Shown here one piece after another: positions 1 through 10,792 of a stretch of DNA of 64,000 bases. A program made the translations under genes and the position numbers. Position 1 is the first letter of the stretch. Each line of letters begins with the position of its first letter. Below the pieces are notes generated by a model, which searched no databases, was not told where the DNA came from, and saw only the letters and a program-made list of their open reading frames with translations. This DNA is from Perkinsus chesapeaki ATCC PRA-425. Taxonomy: Eukaryota; Protista; Perkinsozoa. The DNA is taken from the NCBI GenBank assembly GCA_013115145.1, contig JAAPAO010000028.1:59580-123579 (forward strand), given 5' to 3'.

Positions 1-1422
1 AGCTACGACAAGTGAGCTTCTGCTGCTACTGCAGCTGGCCAGACGGTGCTGTTTTTATAAAGTGTTTCAGGACACTGAAGATATATGATTTGACCAAACC
101 ACACCAGAACAAGCGTGCTCAGCATAATGTTGTCGACGTAAGGAGGAGGAGCTGCTAGAAGGATGATGGCTCCTCTTTATTAACCTCATCATCAGATGTA
201 TCCTATTAATAAAGTGCAAGTCCATCCCTGTGGCGACTTTGTATATGTCGGCACGCTACACAGAGTCATCCGCCTGTACGACACGAGAACGCTGCAATGC
301 TTTTCGGCCTATTATGGTGGAGCTTCTGGTATCGGCGGTGGAGGCGGCCAGCATCATAATGGCAGCGTAAGTATCTTAAATTCTCCGTAGTGCGAAAGAT
401 ACGCGTATCTTTGCAGGTTCTCGACATCGCATGTGCGAGCGATGGTAGCGTGTTCGCCTCTGCCGGCAGTGATGGTAGGCAGCGATGATAATTCCGTCAC
501 GCGCCACGAAATGTCTTAGGTCACGTGCATATCTGGGATGGTGTATCCAATCGTCTAATCAACAAACTCCATGGTGCACCGGGAAGCGGTGGATCGCTGA
601 TGAAGCCTCACTCGGGCCACCCAGTGTTCACAGTTCAATGGAGTCGTAATTGCCGATACCTCCTTACTAGTGGAGGGGACCATAGAGCTCGACTGTGGGA
701 TATGAGGACTGGGAAGGAGCTGTTGGTCTATTCTGGAGCAACCACATCGACAGACTGTTCTTTTATGACCGCCACTTTTGCTGGGAATGAACAGTAGCAT
801 GGCCGTCACCGCGCCGGGAAATTATTCTCTTTTGCAGATACATTGCAACGAGCTCTTCGAGGATCGGCGAATCTGATATGTGTCTGATAGACTCCCTAAC
901 AGGTGCTCATCATCATACCGCCTCCGCCACTGAGTTGTCCCGTTTGTGTTCACGTCTTGCGTCTTAGGGGAGGTTTTGGTTCCAGCAGTGGGAGGCCATT
1001 CCATCCCAGTCAGAGCTGTCGCCGCCTCTCCTGTTGATAAGACTATCATTACTGGTGAGTAACTGCTGCCGTTTCGCACTGTGAAGATTTGGTATCTTGT
1101 TGTTAGGTTGCGATGACAATAAAGTGAGGTTCTTTGATATTGTTAAAGGCACTAAGAATATGTACCGACGCATTTTGTACGCTTTCTGCCAGATGACATT
1201 GTGCTCAGATATGAGATGGAGGAGGAGGGCATCACAGGAATATCTCAGAGCCAAGCCGCTGCTGGCATGGAGATGGACGAGACTGGTGCAGCTGTGATGC
1301 CATCCGAGCAGGGAGCAACCACTGCTGCTGCGGCGGCGGCGGCGAGGGGTAAGGGAACAAGGGCAATGCTGGGAGTGGTAAGTTCTTCATTGTTAGGGTT
1401 TGTTGAACACATCGGCACTTAG
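1..1422 (+). CDS. CSTF1: Cleavage stimulation factor 50 kDa subunit (WD40), 5' end outside window, multi-exon
   Basis: Spliced exons read TLKIYDLTKP, INKVQVHPCGDFVYVGTLHRVIRLYDTRTLQCF, HIWDGVSNRLINKLH and WSRNCRYLLTSGGDHRARLWD. These match CstF-50 WD repeats as recalled. Short GT-AG introns include 368-416, 473-519 and 1055-1106. Confidence 0.85.
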
Positions 1423-1862
1423 TGGATAACGTTTCATCCATATCCTTGTTTCGTTCATACCTATGCAATGCTGTGCGGGTGGAAAAACAAGAGTCACGCA
1501 CCACGAAATTGTCAAGACGCTTTGTCTTATCCGGCCTTGATTTTTCTGATGTGAATGCCAACGCCGAAGTGGAATTGTAAAAGATACGAAGATTGGTTAT
1601 TGTATCGTTACGCCTTGGTTTCGAAACTGGCCTAACCAATGTACTCCACAGTGGTAAAGGGAGACTGTGCGCGCGTGCAAGAATCGGCGTCACCAGCTGA
1701 CGTCACCGCGAAAAGGCTTCTCCTTCCACTCCTCCTTTCCTGCGCGCATTGAGCTAATGCTGTGATTGTCGCTGGGGGTTAGATAGTTGTGAAGATAACT
1801 GTGAAGAGCAGTGTGGATGTTATTAGTGTTTGGGGTGTAGGAATTAGTTCCAGTGATTGTAG

Positions 1863-2985
1863 ATGTCCTCGAGTTCTTCGTCCGGAACAACCAACGGAGG
1901 CCGAACATCTGGAACAACTGGATCAGCTGCTGACCGCTCCGCCTCGGCTCCACCATTCTCAGGCATCACAGTTGCAGGAGATAGTGAGCCTATAACTCCA
2001 ATCCAGAAACCCATCGGATTGCCTTCATGTTCAGATTCAGAGTTTTCCGAAAGAGCGTCAACTCTGGAGCATTCCTTTGTACACCGTCAAGTCCGCTCCG
2101 TGTCGACCCTAGAGCGGGATTCCGGGCACATTGCTGGTGGTGGTTTTGAGACATCCTCCCCAGGCGGTCGACGACCGTGGCATCGGCGAGCGAGGGAGAT
2201 GCTGGCGGAAGCTGCTGCCCGAGCCGCCGAAGCAGCAGTTGCTAGCGAAAGGGAGAAAGTAGCTCTTTTCCTATTATAATTGTGGTGTGAAAGTATATTC
2301 ATTTGTTCAGTTGCAACAAAGAGGATCGCCACCGGCGACATCGGCAGCAGCAGTGACTGCCGCCGCCCTTGAGCAGAAACTTCGAGAGCAACCCGTGAGA
2401 GGCCTCAGGCCAGTACGCCCTGCTCCGGAGGTATCTTCTTCGAGCAGCACCCAACGAGAAGCAGCAGCAGCCCCATTTATCAAAGCTGGGGCAAGCGCAT
2501 CATCAACATCCAAGCAGCCGCCGAGCCGGAGCGGCGCTCAGGAGCACCCGCAGCAGAGGGTGCAAGTGACGCGTCTTAGGGAAGATGCTTTGCAGTTACT
2601 GATTGAGAAGGGTTATACCCCTACAGGTGATCCTGATGGAGGAATGTCCAAGATGACTCCTGAAGAAATTGAGGGATTTATCCCTATTTGAGGGAGCCTC
2701 GGATCAATCCTTCACGAGAGCAATAAATGTGCTCCCTGTCTGTTTTATTCCAAGAATAGGTGTCTTAGAGGCATCAGGTGCCTCTTCTGCCATGAAAGGA
2801 GGCCAGATGGACAGCAGCAGCACGAAGGCCTCTCCCGCGTTAAGCAGAGAATTCGTCCAAGCAAACGGACTCGGAATCTACTGCGTGCCGTCAGAGAGAC
2901 ACATCCCGATCTTCCTCCAGAAGAAATGATGAAAGTAATTCAAGATTATAAAAAAGATATTATTGGTCATCACAAGAAGCCATAG
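1863..2985 (+). CDS. Low-complexity protein with a dinoflagellate/alveolate-type CCCH-like zinc finger; in-frame TGA at 2689-2691 unresolved
   Basis: ORFs 1863-2279 and 2287-2691 are joined by a probable intron. The same frame continues after the TGA as GSLGSILHESNKCAPCLFYSKNRCLRGIRCLFCHE...KKP* (stop 2983-2985). Confidence 0.6.
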
Positions 2986-3019
2986 CCGTTCATCATTCTC
3001 ACCATAAAGTCGGATGTAT

Positions 3020-3740
3020 ATCCTTTCATTTATTAATATCTTGAATAGTTCAACCGCTCTGCTGCTAGGCTTGGAATGCTTGCTGCTGCTATGCCTGGGA
3101 GAGGTATTGATAAGCTTCGTCTCTGAAGCCTCTCTGATATAAAGGCCCTGATGATGATAGTAGTATAAGCAATGTGCATATATACTAGCTGCTTGGTCCT
3201 CGACGGTTCCGCTTATTATTTTTCAACATCTATATTAATTCATAGAGTTGTACCTTCTGTTGGGCGTATAATACCGTCCAGCCATTCGTTATTTATATAT
3301 CCAAATGCACGTTGCCAAGTGCTCATCAAATAATAATAATGCTTTAGCAACATTTCAGTTTCTCTTCCTAATAGTCTACCTTGAGTTTGCCTATAGTCAA
3401 TCATATACAATACAGAGTATCAGCAAATGTATTCAGCAGAAAACTCAGCGATAACAGCAAGTGCAACGCAGACAGGCGGCGAAACTGCTTTTAACGTGTG
3501 AGTAACGGATACAAGAAATTACTGCTTTGAATTGAATATGATCCTTACGTTAACGACACAAAAGAGTACCGTAGGCAACGGGTGAAGTACTTAGTTTGTC
3601 ATGATGCATCCAAAGTAAAAACCATGATAGTTATGAACATAAACAGTGTGTGAAAAATGGGTTATTGGGAAGGTTAAAACTGTATCAAACGTCGACGAAT
3701 CAAAACTTATACCGATTCATGGTACTAAATTCATCATGGT
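3020..3740 (-). CDS. Possible multi-exon hypothetical protein
   Basis: Exon-like fragments (QTQGRLLGRETEMLLKHYYLMSTWQRAFGYINNEWLDGIIRPTE) bounded by plausible splice sites. No recognisable family; boundaries approximate. Confidence 0.3.
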
Positions 3741-3813
3741 GTGAGCCGGCTGCGGAAAGAAATTTGTGGTTTAGCTATGGACAGCTGCTCCTTTTATAAT
3801 AGAGATTCACAGT

Positions 3814-4620
3814 TCACTCAAACGCAACCCAGATACGAGGATCATTTTTTGTGATGCTTATGCTTTTTCTTCTTTTTCTTTTCAAGCTGTTTTTCTTCTT
3901 TATCGCTCACCTCGCCATCGCTCCACAGAAAGTCCCCCTGTCTTAGTGAATTGGGCCTAATAAAGAGCTGAATCTATCCGCCAAAAACCGGCTGCTGCTG
4001 CTGCTCACATCGCCACAACATCCCTCAGCGCTTGCATTTGTTTTTCACGTCGTATCATTCGGTCGGCATATCTAGCCTGAGATAAAGTGCTGCGAGCTGG
4101 GCCATCATAGTCACCCACCTTCTCACGAGCGTGCCGTGCTCGCTCAGCTTCCCAAAATTCTTCTTCATTTGATCGGTGCTCTTTCACAGCATCTGTCTCG
4201 TGTTTCCTAAGTCGCTTGCGGGGCCCATCATCTGAAAACAGCACGCATGCGCTGGAACTCAGGGATATGCAACCTTACCGTGATGGTGTCTAGACGACAC
4301 GCTGCTGGATTCCCTCTGCAGTCTACCGCCGGAGGGCGGCCGTCTCTCACTTTCATCGAGCTTCCGCTTCTCCGCCCACATTGCCTGCTTCTCGAGGAAA
4401 ACGTTGTGGGAGTGTGCCTGAATAATCGAAAAGGGAATAACACGAGCTAGAAGTGATGAGCTCACCTGATCAAGCGCGTTCCTTACCAGCGACTTACCCT
4501 CCTCCCCAACAGGGCGTCGAGGCATGAGAGGAAAACCCACCGCTACAAGGAGGAGTGCTTATCGTAGAAGGACTATTACGCACTAGCATCGTAATTCGAC
4601 AGAAGGGAGACACAACCGAT
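3814..4620 (-). CDS. Hypothetical charged protein, multi-exon
   Basis: Exons include IPFSIIQAHSHNVFLEKQ, DDGPRKRLRKHETDAVKEHRSNEEEFWEAERARH and EKQLEKKKKKSISITKNDPRIWVAFE*. Start approximate. Confidence 0.45.
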
Positions 4621-4715
4621 GCCCATGTCACATAAAGTGTTTCACCAAAGCCAGACGGAAGGTGGGAGGCTAACTGAACGCTGCTTGAACTCCAGACGGT
4701 CGTTTGTGGAAGATA

Positions 4716-5244
4716 CTATTCACTATCGAGAATCTCGCTTTTCAACATTTCTTCATCAACTTCGTCATCTTCAACATCTTTTCCATCTTTTAATTCTTCC
4801 TCTGCTCGCATTCCCCATGAACACCAAAGCTGCTCTTGCAGTACGGCTCTTGCGGCTGTCGGTTCTTTAACCAGTTGTTCTCTAACTGATGGGCATCGCA
4901 GTATTCGTATCATGTCCATGCTACTTGGGTACACCAAGAGATGGAAGAACGGCGCTGAGAGGGAGGGAAGCAAAATTAAAACACAACTGTGATGGTGATG
5001 ATGCCTATCTCACCTTGTCGAAGATACTCCAAATACCTGAGGTAATTCAGAAACGCCTCATCCTCGAAGTAGCCCTCTGAGGCCAGCCACATCACATAGT
5101 CGAGGTTTAATAGGCACTGAATTCATGATAGTACAACGGAGGAGGCGGAGTCAGTCAGCTTGCCTGGGCAAACTCAGCATCGTTAAGTAGCCGTACGTGA
5201 GGTGGGGGAAGGAGAGCCTTGCCATCACCGACTGAAGATGGCAT
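4716..5244 (-). CDS. MED31: Mediator subunit 31 (SOH1)
   Basis: Spliced reading DAEFAQ|CLLNLDYVMWLASEGYFEDEAFLNYLRYLEYLRQ|PFFHLLVYPSSMDMIRILRCP matches the Med31 EF(V)QCLAN..YL..L...GYF.D..F.NYL.YL signature. Confidence 0.85.
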
Positions 5245-5314
5245 CTCTCTAAAGTAAGTTGACTTTCCCTTCCCACTATACAACGGCAACAATACAGAGA
5301 ACTCTAGAGACTTG

Positions 5315-7392
5315 TCATGATGATAATGAGGCTCGCAATGGTGAATTACTATTGAATACATCCGGTGATGCAGGGAAGCATTCCCCAAGACAATCCTTTC
5401 TGTTACAGCAGTGCAGTCTAGACAGGGCACTTGGGGAACGCGTGGTATCATCATTCTTCCAAGGCAAAGGTCTCTGGTTCGAAACCTGGCTCCGGCTATT
5501 CTGCACTTCGGTGTCCTTTCTTCGCGACATAAGTAGCTTAACAACTGTTCTTGCTGTAGCAATTAGCCGCCACAGCATTGTTAGCCTTCGGCTTCCGTAC
5601 AGCTTCAATAACACCGAGACTGTCCGTCTGAGCACATTGAAAAGCCACATCACGATCGATGGTGCTCGTCGAGGCGCCATAGCAAAGAAATATGAACCGT
5701 GAAGTGAGAGTGGTGACAGCAGCTTTTCTATCACCCGGGAATCATCCAACTACCGCCAGACGGGGCGTCTAAAGAGCTCAACAGACAATATTAGAGACGG
5801 CAGGTCCAATTCGTCATTGCAGCAGCGACAGTAGCCTCGTTATATCGCCGAGGATGCATTCAACAGTAATAGTGGAATCAGACTGTAGCTTTTCAATGGG
5901 CAGGCGATCGTGCAAACACATTGCTATTGACGCGAGCTCCTCGACAGATACCTGAAGTACCCGAGTCAGACAGGCAAGCAGAGCTTCATCGAATTAACGG
6001 GTGGCCCACTGGCTTCACTGGAAAGATGATCAACGTGTTATTGTCAGATCTAATCGATATAAACCTAGCGCGTAGTGCTTATCGGTTGATACCGTTGGTA
6101 GGGCGAAGGGCTCCAGAGGGCTGCCAAATGGAGGATGGATAGTATCAGCTTCGGGAAGAGGCGTATCACCACTGGTGCTGTCGGAGACCAACAAGGGCAG
6201 CATTATGCAACCTAAACACGAGAAGAACGCTTGCTGCCTGGATGCTACCAGACGCACACAAGAATTTCAAGTAGATACTCCAAGTTGGTTTGTCTACGAC
6301 ATGCTACTGTCATATCCAAATGGACCGCACCGGACACTCTCCCATGCGTAAAGGTCCCAGTCATTAAAGTAGTTTGCTGAGATAATATAATGTTGGATAT
6401 AAAACATACCCCACACCAGTATGGCACACGGCAGACAGTGGGTAGGCTAATGGGCCACAGTAGAGACGATGGTCTCACATGCCACTATTGCAGCCCTGAC
6501 CGAGCTGTCGCCTTTAAACTCTTTATTAACATACAGGCAGCACATCACTTCACCAGCCTTATCGACAACAACCACGTTATCGGTGTTATTATTAATTAGC
6601 ATTCCCTTCCCAAGGCGGGCCACTGCCGCTCGGAGCGTCGATGCCAGCATGCATGTCCTCCACTGAGGCCCATCGAATCGGTGGCTGCGCCCAAATCGGT
6701 GGTAAGTCAAAACGGCTCGGCACCACGGAAGCTTCGCATCGCGTTTTTGCGCCTCCCGAATGACCGGAGCAAGATCTTCAGAATGCAAAGCTAGTTGCCT
6801 ATCAAGCTCGCTTAGGGTCAACTGGGCGGCCTTTTGCTTCAGAACACCCTCCAAACGATCGCCAAATCGATCGTCACAAAACAGCCAAGCTATCATACCG
6901 CAGTCCTCGACTGAACACGTCGGCATTTCCACAAAGCGACAACTCCTTCCCCCCCATACCACTCCTTCCCCAAATCAACAAAGCATCCTTCAGTTTAGTA
7001 TTTTACACATACAGTGTGAGGAGGAACATAAGTGGCATGATGGCCCGCCGCCTCCACCTGGCTCAGCTGTGAGCCGATGACCAGAGAAGGCGACGCAACC
7101 TTGCCAGAACTATAGTGAGGTTTATATAAGGAACAATAATAATAATGCTATCAAATACCGCCCTATGTGTTGTTTAAAACATAGCCATCATACAATGACT
7201 TATAAATCGATCATCAGGGCGCGCGCTTTTGTCATGGTAATGGTATATTGAGGCGACCTCAGTCCATACGGACATAAAAGAGCATGTAGGCGTTCTTAGT
7301 GGCAACCTCTTCATAAGATATTGGTTCGACAACGGAATCACTACAGAAATACCTGAAGGAGGAATGACAACTACTCTTAAGATCGATTGCAC
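5315..7392 (-). CDS. Hypothetical protein, multi-exon
   Basis: Co-oriented ORFs 7174-7392, 6447-6962, 6030-6257 and 5315-5749 with intervening splice-like sites. No family recognised. Confidence 0.45.
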
Positions 7393-7728
7393 ATGTCCGG
7401 GCCAGGGGCGCGCTGTCCAGTTCGGGTACTCAGTCGAGTCGGGATCGGATTAGTAATCAGTAGTTCGTGAGGGATGGGTCGAATAGCTTAATACTATGAG
7501 TTGTATATTGCTATCACCTCTTAGGCACTTTCAAGCAAGTTCTCATCGCAGACGGGGAATATCGGAGGTTATCCACCGTAATGTAAAATAACAGATTTTA
7601 CTTAATAAGCTATTAAATATCATAACTAGGTGTTTAGCTATACTAATTTCAACTGCAATTAAGTGGATAAAATATCCATAATAAAAACTATTATTCCGCG
7701 TCGCTAGCTGCTGCTGTTCATCACACCA

Positions 7729-10412
7729 TCATCTATAAAAAACGGTTGAGTGCGTGGTCAGGGAATCATCTACCCGCACAGGAATGCGTCACCCCTCCAG
7801 GGTCAACAACCGTTCCTAAGTTAGGAATTCTAACGCGCAGATCCAATGGAAATTTCGGTAGGAGACATGTCCCGAGAGCAAAAGGAAAGGTCAAACTCTC
7901 TATGAGTCCCTCAGTATCCTCACCATTGTTCCTGGCCACCATCTGGTCCATCATCTCGAGCTACATAGGCCACATAGTGTCCACTATTTAGACTGTATCC
8001 CAGATGCTCTACAACTCCCGTTAGCCGGTACCGTTGCTTACCATCTGCGGTTTCGAATGTCTTAAGGTATCTAACCAACAGTGATTTGACAACAGGCATA
8101 GCGAAGCTACCGTCAAGATGAATGCCTACAAATAGGACAAGTTATGATTCCTTCGTCGACACGCCACGAAGACGAAAAAGTCCAGCGGAAATTGTCTAAT
8201 CGGCAGTCTAGTTGTAGATTTCAACACGGTAATTGCGGCAAGGACCGATCGCTGCCCCACCTGTCGAAAGATACGTAAGTGGTATCCTTCATGCCGGTGA
8301 GGTACATATCCCTCCAAATATGAACAACCAGACAGGGTGGCATCTCTGACACAATTTCGGTACTGCGAGTACCTAGAAAGTAACCGTCACTGCGCCACGA
8401 AATTCAGGTTTCTTACAGGAAGTATCAGCCTTACATTCATCACAGTGATAGTCGGAAATGACTTCCCGATTGAGTTCTGACACAAATTCACCATCAAAAA
8501 ATTCTCAAAATTTTCCCGGTGAAACATTCTCCGAAAATTCTGCTATTTTCTGGAAATCGATTAACCGTTTCAAGTTGTTACTTGGGTTGTAAGTGGCCTT
8601 TATAAGCCAGTCCAGGTCGGATGTGCTCTCCTCCATATCCTCCGGCGGCAACAATGCCATCTCGACATGCCGCCTTTGACACATCTCCTGCCGCATATCT
8701 ATCCTGCTAGTGCTGTCGTTGACTCTAACACACTTCCAACCGACATTGCCAGCAAGCTGCAATGATGCTCTTGAATTTGGTGACACAGATCGAATCACCT
8801 GATGATCACAATTATGCCGTGCGCTATATAACAACAATTGCTACCATATTACTACACATTTTCCATCACGGCAATCGCATTGTTTCAATTTTCTGTTCCC
8901 GATACCACATTTCGATCTTCCCCGATTAATACAAAAAGCTGGTAAAGCTCTTTTCAAAACATTATTTCAGGCGTCATACTGAACCGTCCCTTGTCAATTT
9001 AACCACTTCACCGACTGAATTGAATGCATGCAATTTCCCTGTCTCCCAAAGAAGTATATAAGAAATAATAAAACGGTATGATTTTGTGCAATTTTCCCCA
9101 AGCTGTCCCCATTGCCTCACCAGCTCCCGTCGCTGCCAATAGGACTCCTCATCCCATTGAACGCCCCATTTCTCATCTACACTATCTCTATGTAGCTCAA
9201 CCAGTATAGGTTCACCAGGGTGGGGATGTGCCCCTATTTTAAGCCTTAACATGTGGTCAGTGGTATTTACACGATTAACGTAACTGCAATTATCACCTAA
9301 TGAGAAGGGACGTTTATTACACATCATCGCTTAGCGATAGATTCAGGAAAATAACATTTAATACAAAGTCTAGGAGTGTTATCATGGTACCTTATTCCCA
9401 ATTACGGAAAGGCTCGTAAACTGTCATCGTAAAAGAGCCCCTTCTGTATTTAACATTTTCCGGACGCATTCGAGGAGTACGCGACGATTGAAGGATAGGA
9501 CTGTGACCTGGAGCTCTGGCGAGAATATTACATAAAATAGAATCCATTAATTTAAACTCAAACATCTTTCGACTATTTTCAGGAAGACCATCCAAGACAG
9601 CCTCTAAAAGCACCTACAGAGTACCATCATTCAATCTTAAGGGAATAAATGAAAAATCGGTATGAAAAGCTACCTGGGAATCATGTTGCCTGTAGGGCTC
9701 GCGCATCAGCTCCGGGCACACTTTTTTACACTGATCGAAGAAGCTCCTTATATCAGCTGGTCCCTTAGAACCATCTGACATTTGCTCGAATAGCGTTTGT
9801 AGCGTGGAGGCCAGACCTCCACTAGGCTCAGGAGCTCCATTGTCAACACCATCAACCTGATCACTTATCAATAAGGCTTTAATGATAAAGAAGAACGATG
9901 ACTGGTGAATATAATGTATACTATAGTGATATGGGATACCATAAACGAGTGGCAATTTACTTTACATCATTTACGCCAGGACCACCCAGAACTGTATGGG
10001 AAGGAGAGATCAAACCAGCGACACCAAGAATGTCTCAGCCTTTTGGTACGAAGCCCGCTGAATATTGTATTATACCCTTTATCCCTTAGTAAGGCCCCTG
10101 AATATTGTATTATACCCTTTATCCCTTAGTNNNNNNNNNNNNNNNNNNNNNNNNNNNNNNNNNNNNNNNNNNNNNNNNNNNNNNNNNNNNNNNNNNNNNN
10201 NNNNNNNNNNNNNNNNNNNNNNNNNNNNNACCTTAGTAAGGCCCCTGAATATTGTATTATACCCTTTATCCCTTAGTAAGGCCCCTGAATATTGTATTAT
10301 ACCGTATTACTATTCTCTTTTCAAATGGCTCCAATGATCTTAGACCTTGAGCTGCAGCTATACTGAAACATGCTGAATAATTAAAGTTATCTATACCAGC
10401 TGGAATTGGCAT
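7729..10412 (-). CDS. Ubiquitin-specific protease (USP/C19 family)
   Basis: Cys box MPIPAGIDNFNYSACFSIAAAQGLRSLEPF (ATG 10412), QHDSQ box, PPCLVVHIWR, His box EHLGYSLNSGHYVAYV, and a C-terminal TVFYR*. Confidence 0.8.
10051..10303. repeat. 40-bp minisatellite spanning the assembly gap, inside the first USP intron region
   Basis: Unit AAGGCCCCTGAATATTGTATTATACCCTTTATCCCTTAGT is seen on both sides of the N run, head to tail with no spacers. Confidence 0.95.
10131..10229. other. Assembly gap (N run)
   Basis: Run of n characters. Confidence 1.
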
Positions 10413-10792
10413 AATAATATAACAGACAAGCCTACATCATCGACAGTGTCAACAAGTAGAATAAACCACCTATCTCTTTCCCCCAGGACCACAGTTCAAT
10501 TAGCTAACATTCATAATCTATATCATATCTTGCGAAATGTATTTCCAACAACTCAAGCCACTACGGGTCGCTTCGCTCCGCCTTTTTCATGATGCACGTT
10601 TACACGATTTCGTCTAGTAGTGCGTCCTGTATTGTAGAAGTAGTAGTTTCGTCCTGTGGTGTATGTTTCCCTATTGTTGTACTATACAAGAACTCAAGAC
10701 ATATTATAATAACATCAATCGCTAGATGGGAGCATCAGGACCAGCATGCCAGTGACGACAACATAGGGGTAGCAAAGGGGCGGCCCAACATG

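Noticed and set aside
1149-1208. GC-AG intron in CSTF1
   Set aside because: A canonical GT donor at 1162 gives the more plausible reading frame.
5430-5500. tRNA-Gly-like words (CTTCCAA ... GGTTCGAAACC)
   Set aside because: Anticodon and acceptor stems do not pair, and the segment lies within a probable coding exon on the other strand.
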